Part shown: positions 60,283 to 64,000 of the stretch, piece by piece
How the letters are laid out: every line of letters begins with the position of its first letter
Numbering within the stretch: position 1 is the stretch's first letter
Origin: Xylographa opegraphella
Lineage: Eukaryota
Reading direction: 5' to 3'
Assembly: GCA_022813865.1 (NCBI GenBank)
Contig: JALDZX010000021.1
Location: 248,001-312,000 of the forward strand
DNA: 64,000 nt
Notes under the pieces: model-generated
Seen by the model: only the letters and a program-made list of their open reading frames with translations
What the model was told of the DNA's origin: nothing
Database searches by the model: none
Position numbers and translations under genes: made by a program

Positions 60283-62058
60283 ATGCACATCAGCCTCGGC
60301 ATGCCTGCTGTGGCTGCTGCACACCACAAACATGAATTCAACACCTCAGTAGATCAGTCCAGCATGGATCAAGAACATAGTTTTCTGCATCCGTTGACTT
60401 TCTTGCATGACCGCTTATCAGCATTGACTACCTTTGGTACCGCTACACCTGCAACCTCGCCCGCAATCAATTCACCGCCCAAGGACGATGGGGATCAGTA
60501 TTCTTCTTCGGAGAGCCTAGATGACATTCAAGAAGTGTTCGCAAGCAGACCGAAGACGTCCCCAAGGACATCCTCTTCTTTCCAGCTTGCTCACCCTCCA
60601 CCGGCGACCAAGCACAAGCAACGTCGAAAGGCTCGCTCGAGTGTACTCCTGCAGTTACGACAGATTTCGGACACTCGCAATCCTGTTCCCGCGTTTGAGG
60701 TCCTTCCGTCTGCACTGTTTGCGCCCCGACTGCTGAGGCACTTTCCTCGCTTGCTAAATGGCGGCAAGAATCTTGCAGCCCACGATTTGGTCATTGTCAA
60801 TAGCCAAGAGTATGGCTTATCAGGAAAAGAGAACAAGCAAGACGAAGACTCCGATACTGATCATTATGAAAGTCGGGAGGTCATTGGGGTCATCTGTCCA
60901 TCAACTAAGACCGATCAGGAATCTAAAGATCAGGCTACAATATTTCTTGACCAAAACTCGAGCTGGACAGCTACTCCTATGGGGAATGGTGGTTACGAGT
61001 TCACTTCCATCGGCTCTCAAGGCTTGACGATGAAAGCGCGGTGGGTTCCTAAGTTTTCCAAGCACAAGGGTCCTAGTCGACCTTCATCTTTCGGCCAATA
61101 CCTCGACAGAAAGTTCAGGTTCACGATAATAAACCCAGAGTCTCGCCGTCACCCCGTTATTGGCGTCATGAATCGCCATCGTATCGTTGTTCAAGATCAA
61201 TGGCGCGTCCCATCCACGCCTTCGGCGACTCCAATGCCAAACTCGCCAGTAACGCAGACCTTACAGCCCCTCCAGCAGTGCTATTTTGAGGAGAGACTCT
61301 TGGAACCGGATATTGTCAACACGACTGACGACCATTTGAAAACTCTTGTGCTTATCACTGGGATTTGGGTAGCGATAATGGAGGGATGGTCGGAGTCGTG
61401 TAAAGTTCATGTTGACCCGTGTACGGGCACAAGTACTACGAACAGCTCTCCTGCCAAAGACCACAACAGCTCCGGACGTTTTGACAATGGAAGCGATGGT
61501 CGAGCAAACACTCCCCAGAGCTTTGCGAGTGCTCATTCCCGGCGTACATCTTTCAACATGATGCACCGCCCAGGCGCTTCTACAAACTCCGCATCACCAA
61601 CTCCATCCTCCAGCGTCATACCACAACGTGCCAGGTCACTGGGTGCACATTCAACAGATCAAACGAAGCTGCGAAATATTTCTTTTGCGAAACCGCGCAT
61701 CCAGGGAGCAATGACGGAAAGCCCAATCCTGGTGCAAGCAGCTTTCTCTGCAGAAGCAAGAGATAATCCACGGAGGGCCTTGCTCAGCAATCTTCCGCGG
61801 AGTGGGCATCCGCGCCTTTCACAACCCAGTGCTGGTCTTAATGTGGCAGAATTTGAGGATCTTGCTGAGGACGAGCTAGCTGATGAGTACGGCGGCGGGG
61901 CGAAAACCGTGAGACGGTCGTATGATAGCCATAACAACGGTACAGCCACCCCAGAATCAGCAGATCTCTCCTGCAGCGCAAAGGTCCAGAACAAAAAGGG
62001 GCGGAAAGTGGATAGGTTACTAGGTTACTTTAGCAGGAAGACGAAAAAGGGTCGGTAA
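60283..62058 (+). CDS. Uncharacterised protein (up to 591 aa; real start may be ~60364)
   Basis: Long intronless ORF with conserved-looking blocks (SSFQLAHPPP, LLQLRQIS..PVPAFEV, ARWV, KFRFTIINPESRRHPVIG, LVLITGIWVAIMEGW). Confidence 0.75.
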   Translation: MHISLGMPAVAAAHHKHEFNTSVDQSSMDQEHSFLHPLTFLHDRLSALTTFGTATPATSPAINSPPKDDGDQYSSSESLDDIQEVFASRPKTSPRTSSSFQLAHPPPATKHKQRRKARSSVLLQLRQISDTRNPVPAFEVLPSALFAPRLLRHFPRLLNGGKNLAAHDLVIVNSQEYGLSGKENKQDEDSDTDHYESREVIGVICPSTKTDQESKDQATIFLDQNSSWTATPMGNGGYEFTSIGSQGLTMKARWVPKFSKHKGPSRPSSFGQYLDRKFRFTIINPESRRHPVIGVMNRHRIVVQDQWRVPSTPSATPMPNSPVTQTLQPLQQCYFEERLLEPDIVNTTDDHLKTLVLITGIWVAIMEGWSESCKVHVDPCTGTSTTNSSPAKDHNSSGRFDNGSDGRANTPQSFASAHSRRTSFNMMHRPGASTNSASPTPSSSVIPQRARSLGAHSTDQTKLRNISFAKPRIQGAMTESPILVQAAFSAEARDNPRRALLSNLPRSGHPRLSQPSAGLNVAEFEDLAEDELADEYGGGAKTVRRSYDSHNNGTATPESADLSCSAKVQNKKGRKVDRLLGYFSRKTKKGR

Positions 62059-62863
62059 AATTGGTGATGCTTGGATGATTAGCTCTACATGCATCGACTA
62101 TGTGACTGCAATCCAGTCGTGAGCGTAGGGAATCAGGCTCATTGGAGGCGATCACTGCGTTCGCTGGGTGAAGCTCATACTGATCTGTATATAAAAATGA
62201 TCGCGTTTAGGGACAAAATCTTACATACATCTTTATCAGTTGACGAGCACAAAGTGATATTGATTATTGCTGCTGACAATTGTCCATGCGAGCATTCCAT
62301 GCGTAGCAATGGGTATGACCTCTCTCAATAGAACTCTTCATCACCCAAACTTTAGTAGGTCTTTTCTTGATAGATGCCCAAATCTCAGGGCTACCCTAGA
62401 TATACTAGTAGTGAATCGTAAATCACTACGCTTCAACTGGCCTCATTTTGACCTCATATCGCCTAGAGATAGATCTCTATCGCACAATACGCACGTTCGA
62501 ATTTGCAACGGCCCGATCAGATGCTATATATGGTCCGAGCTCAAGCGGCAGTTCTACCCGCGTGAAATTCAGACGGAAGAGTCTATTGATCAATTCAAGT
62601 GAATGATCCAAATCGCAGACGACAATATCATGGCATAGTGAGACGTGTAAGATGCCATGGCAATCTTAAGCAGAAGTTTGATCTCAACGCATCAAAAGTG
62701 GCATAAGCACGACGCGTTCATATACGCACACCGGACGGCGATCAGTCCTTCATCACGAGATCTTGACCTCGAGCTTCGTGTAAGCAGCAATCATATCCAC
62801 CTTCGTTATCAGATCTCTGCAACGGACCGCCAGCATAATTATATTTGAAACCGCCTTTTCACC

Positions 62864-64000
62864 ATGCCTGGCAACTTCAACGATTACCCAGGAATGCCTC
62901 AGAACGGGAGCACACGAAATGGCTACGGCGAGCTTACCAACTCCTTGATTTTCCCTGGGCCATTACCGTTTCAGCAACCATTTCAGCAGATATGGTCGCC
63001 CACAGGCTGGCAAAATAATGGTCAGGAGAACTTCAATATGGGCAGCTCCTTCCAAGGCAACATGACAGGGTCGAATGCTTACTTCCCCGCCCAGCCAGAC
63101 TTTGTGGCTTTCGACGACGGCGATGACTTCTACAACAACGACGATCCGGATACACCGATGACAAGTGAGCATATGGAGGACACAACTGAAAGCAATGGCA
63201 CATTCAACCGTGACCATTCGAGCAACCCTCCAGGGCCAACCCCAACCACTACAAGTCTTCCCCATGCTTACAAGCCAGAGGTTACAGCCGGAAATCGAGG
63301 TCCATCTCATTCCAATGGTAGTGAATCGACACAAGAAGCTCCAAGCGTGAAGAGCTCAGAAGCGCAGCTAGCCGCGTTGAGAGCTGCAGCCTTAAGAGCC
63401 AAACTCATGTCGCAGCGACGAGTCGGAGGTAAAACACCGACACCTGAGTCAGTCCCAGAGCAGAAGCCTGGTACCAAAGAGAAATCATCTCTCGCTGGTT
63501 TTGTATCAGCCAACAATGATGGTACATCATCAAGCAAAGGCACTAGCCCAACCACTCAAACGCACACGCCGACTGTGTCTGTTCCTGTCGCAATTCAATC
63601 TGGTGAAGCACCTGCCGCTAAGTCTTCAGGCGATACCAGTGTGCTCAGTGTCCCAAAGGTTTCGTCCACCCAGCAATCTCATACTAGCACTGACATTGAA
63701 GCACTGCTTGCTGAAGCTAGGGACACCGTTGGCACAAAAAAGGATGATTCTCCGATACCCAAAACCTCCGAGGGCACGTCCAAGGCGAGTCCGAATACAG
63801 TAATGAGTGCAACTCATCATTCGACGCTGTCCACAACTAAACCTTCGGAGCCCTTGTCGGCATCAAGTCGTTTGCAGAGCTTGCAGAGCAGCAAAGCCTC
63901 ATCTGAGGTGTCCGAACAAGGCGAAATCCGTGAGGAGCCTAAAAGGACAATTAATCATATATCAGTGCAAGCCGCTGAACCTACTACGTTAGAAAATGTC
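62864..64000 (+). CDS. 5' part of a long protein running off the window; low-complexity N-terminus, possibly a YTH-domain RNA-binding protein
   Basis: Frame read from ATG 62864 (MPGNFNDYPGMPQ...) appears to stay open to the window end, with helical motifs RAAALRAKLMSQR, DIEALLAEARD and SEVSEQGEIREE. The family call rests only on recalled N-terminal motifs. Confidence 0.6.
   Translation, partial: MPGNFNDYPGMPQNGSTRNGYGELTNSLIFPGPLPFQQPFQQIWSPTGWQNNGQENFNMGSSFQGNMTGSNAYFPAQPDFVAFDDGDDFYNNDDPDTPMTSEHMEDTTESNGTFNRDHSSNPPGPTPTTTSLPHAYKPEVTAGNRGPSHSNGSESTQEAPSVKSSEAQLAALRAAALRAKLMSQRRVGGKTPTPESVPEQKPGTKEKSSLAGFVSANNDGTSSSKGTSPTTQTHTPTVSVPVAIQSGEAPAAKSSGDTSVLSVPKVSSTQQSHTSTDIEALLAEARDTVGTKKDDSPIPKTSEGTSKASPNTVMSATHHSTLSTTKPSEPLSASSRLQSLQSSKASSEVSEQGEIREEPKRTINHISVQAAEPTTLENV

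Overview
Gene-dense eukaryotic DNA from a filamentous ascomycete (Pezizomycotina; short GT-AG introns with CTRAC branch points; a lichen-forming Lecanoromycete is plausible but not provable from this window). It holds about 27 protein-coding genes. Recognisable ones are a GH81 endo-1,3-beta-glucanase (partial), DLT1, QCR6, VCX1, a DUF1295 protein, FMC1, an EngB/Mrx8-type GTPase, CDC4, a short Hop1-like HORMA protein, an STL1-like sugar porter, an aldo-keto reductase, the velvet regulator vosA, NRK1, a class I/II aminotransferase, a DnaJC28/DUF1992 protein, a small GPI-anchored protein, a four-finger C2H2 transcription factor, an amidohydrolase-2 enzyme and MRP10; several others are uncharacterised. 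The most notable points are: (i) a decaying island at ~55.3-58.2 kb, made of a HeLo-like/fungal STAND N-terminal-domain pseudogene with RIP-type stop codons divergent from an intronless amidohydrolase whose conserved His appears to have become Tyr; (ii) a Hop1-like HORMA gene that seems to lack the PHD/chromatin-binding region; (iii) repeated GC-rich islands that switch from C-rich to G-rich on the + strand and cut across genes; (iv) a spliced 75-aa microprotein gene missing from the ORF track; and (v) a degenerate tRNA-like element with a hairpin insertion. All calls come from manual translation and recalled family motifs; no database searches were run.
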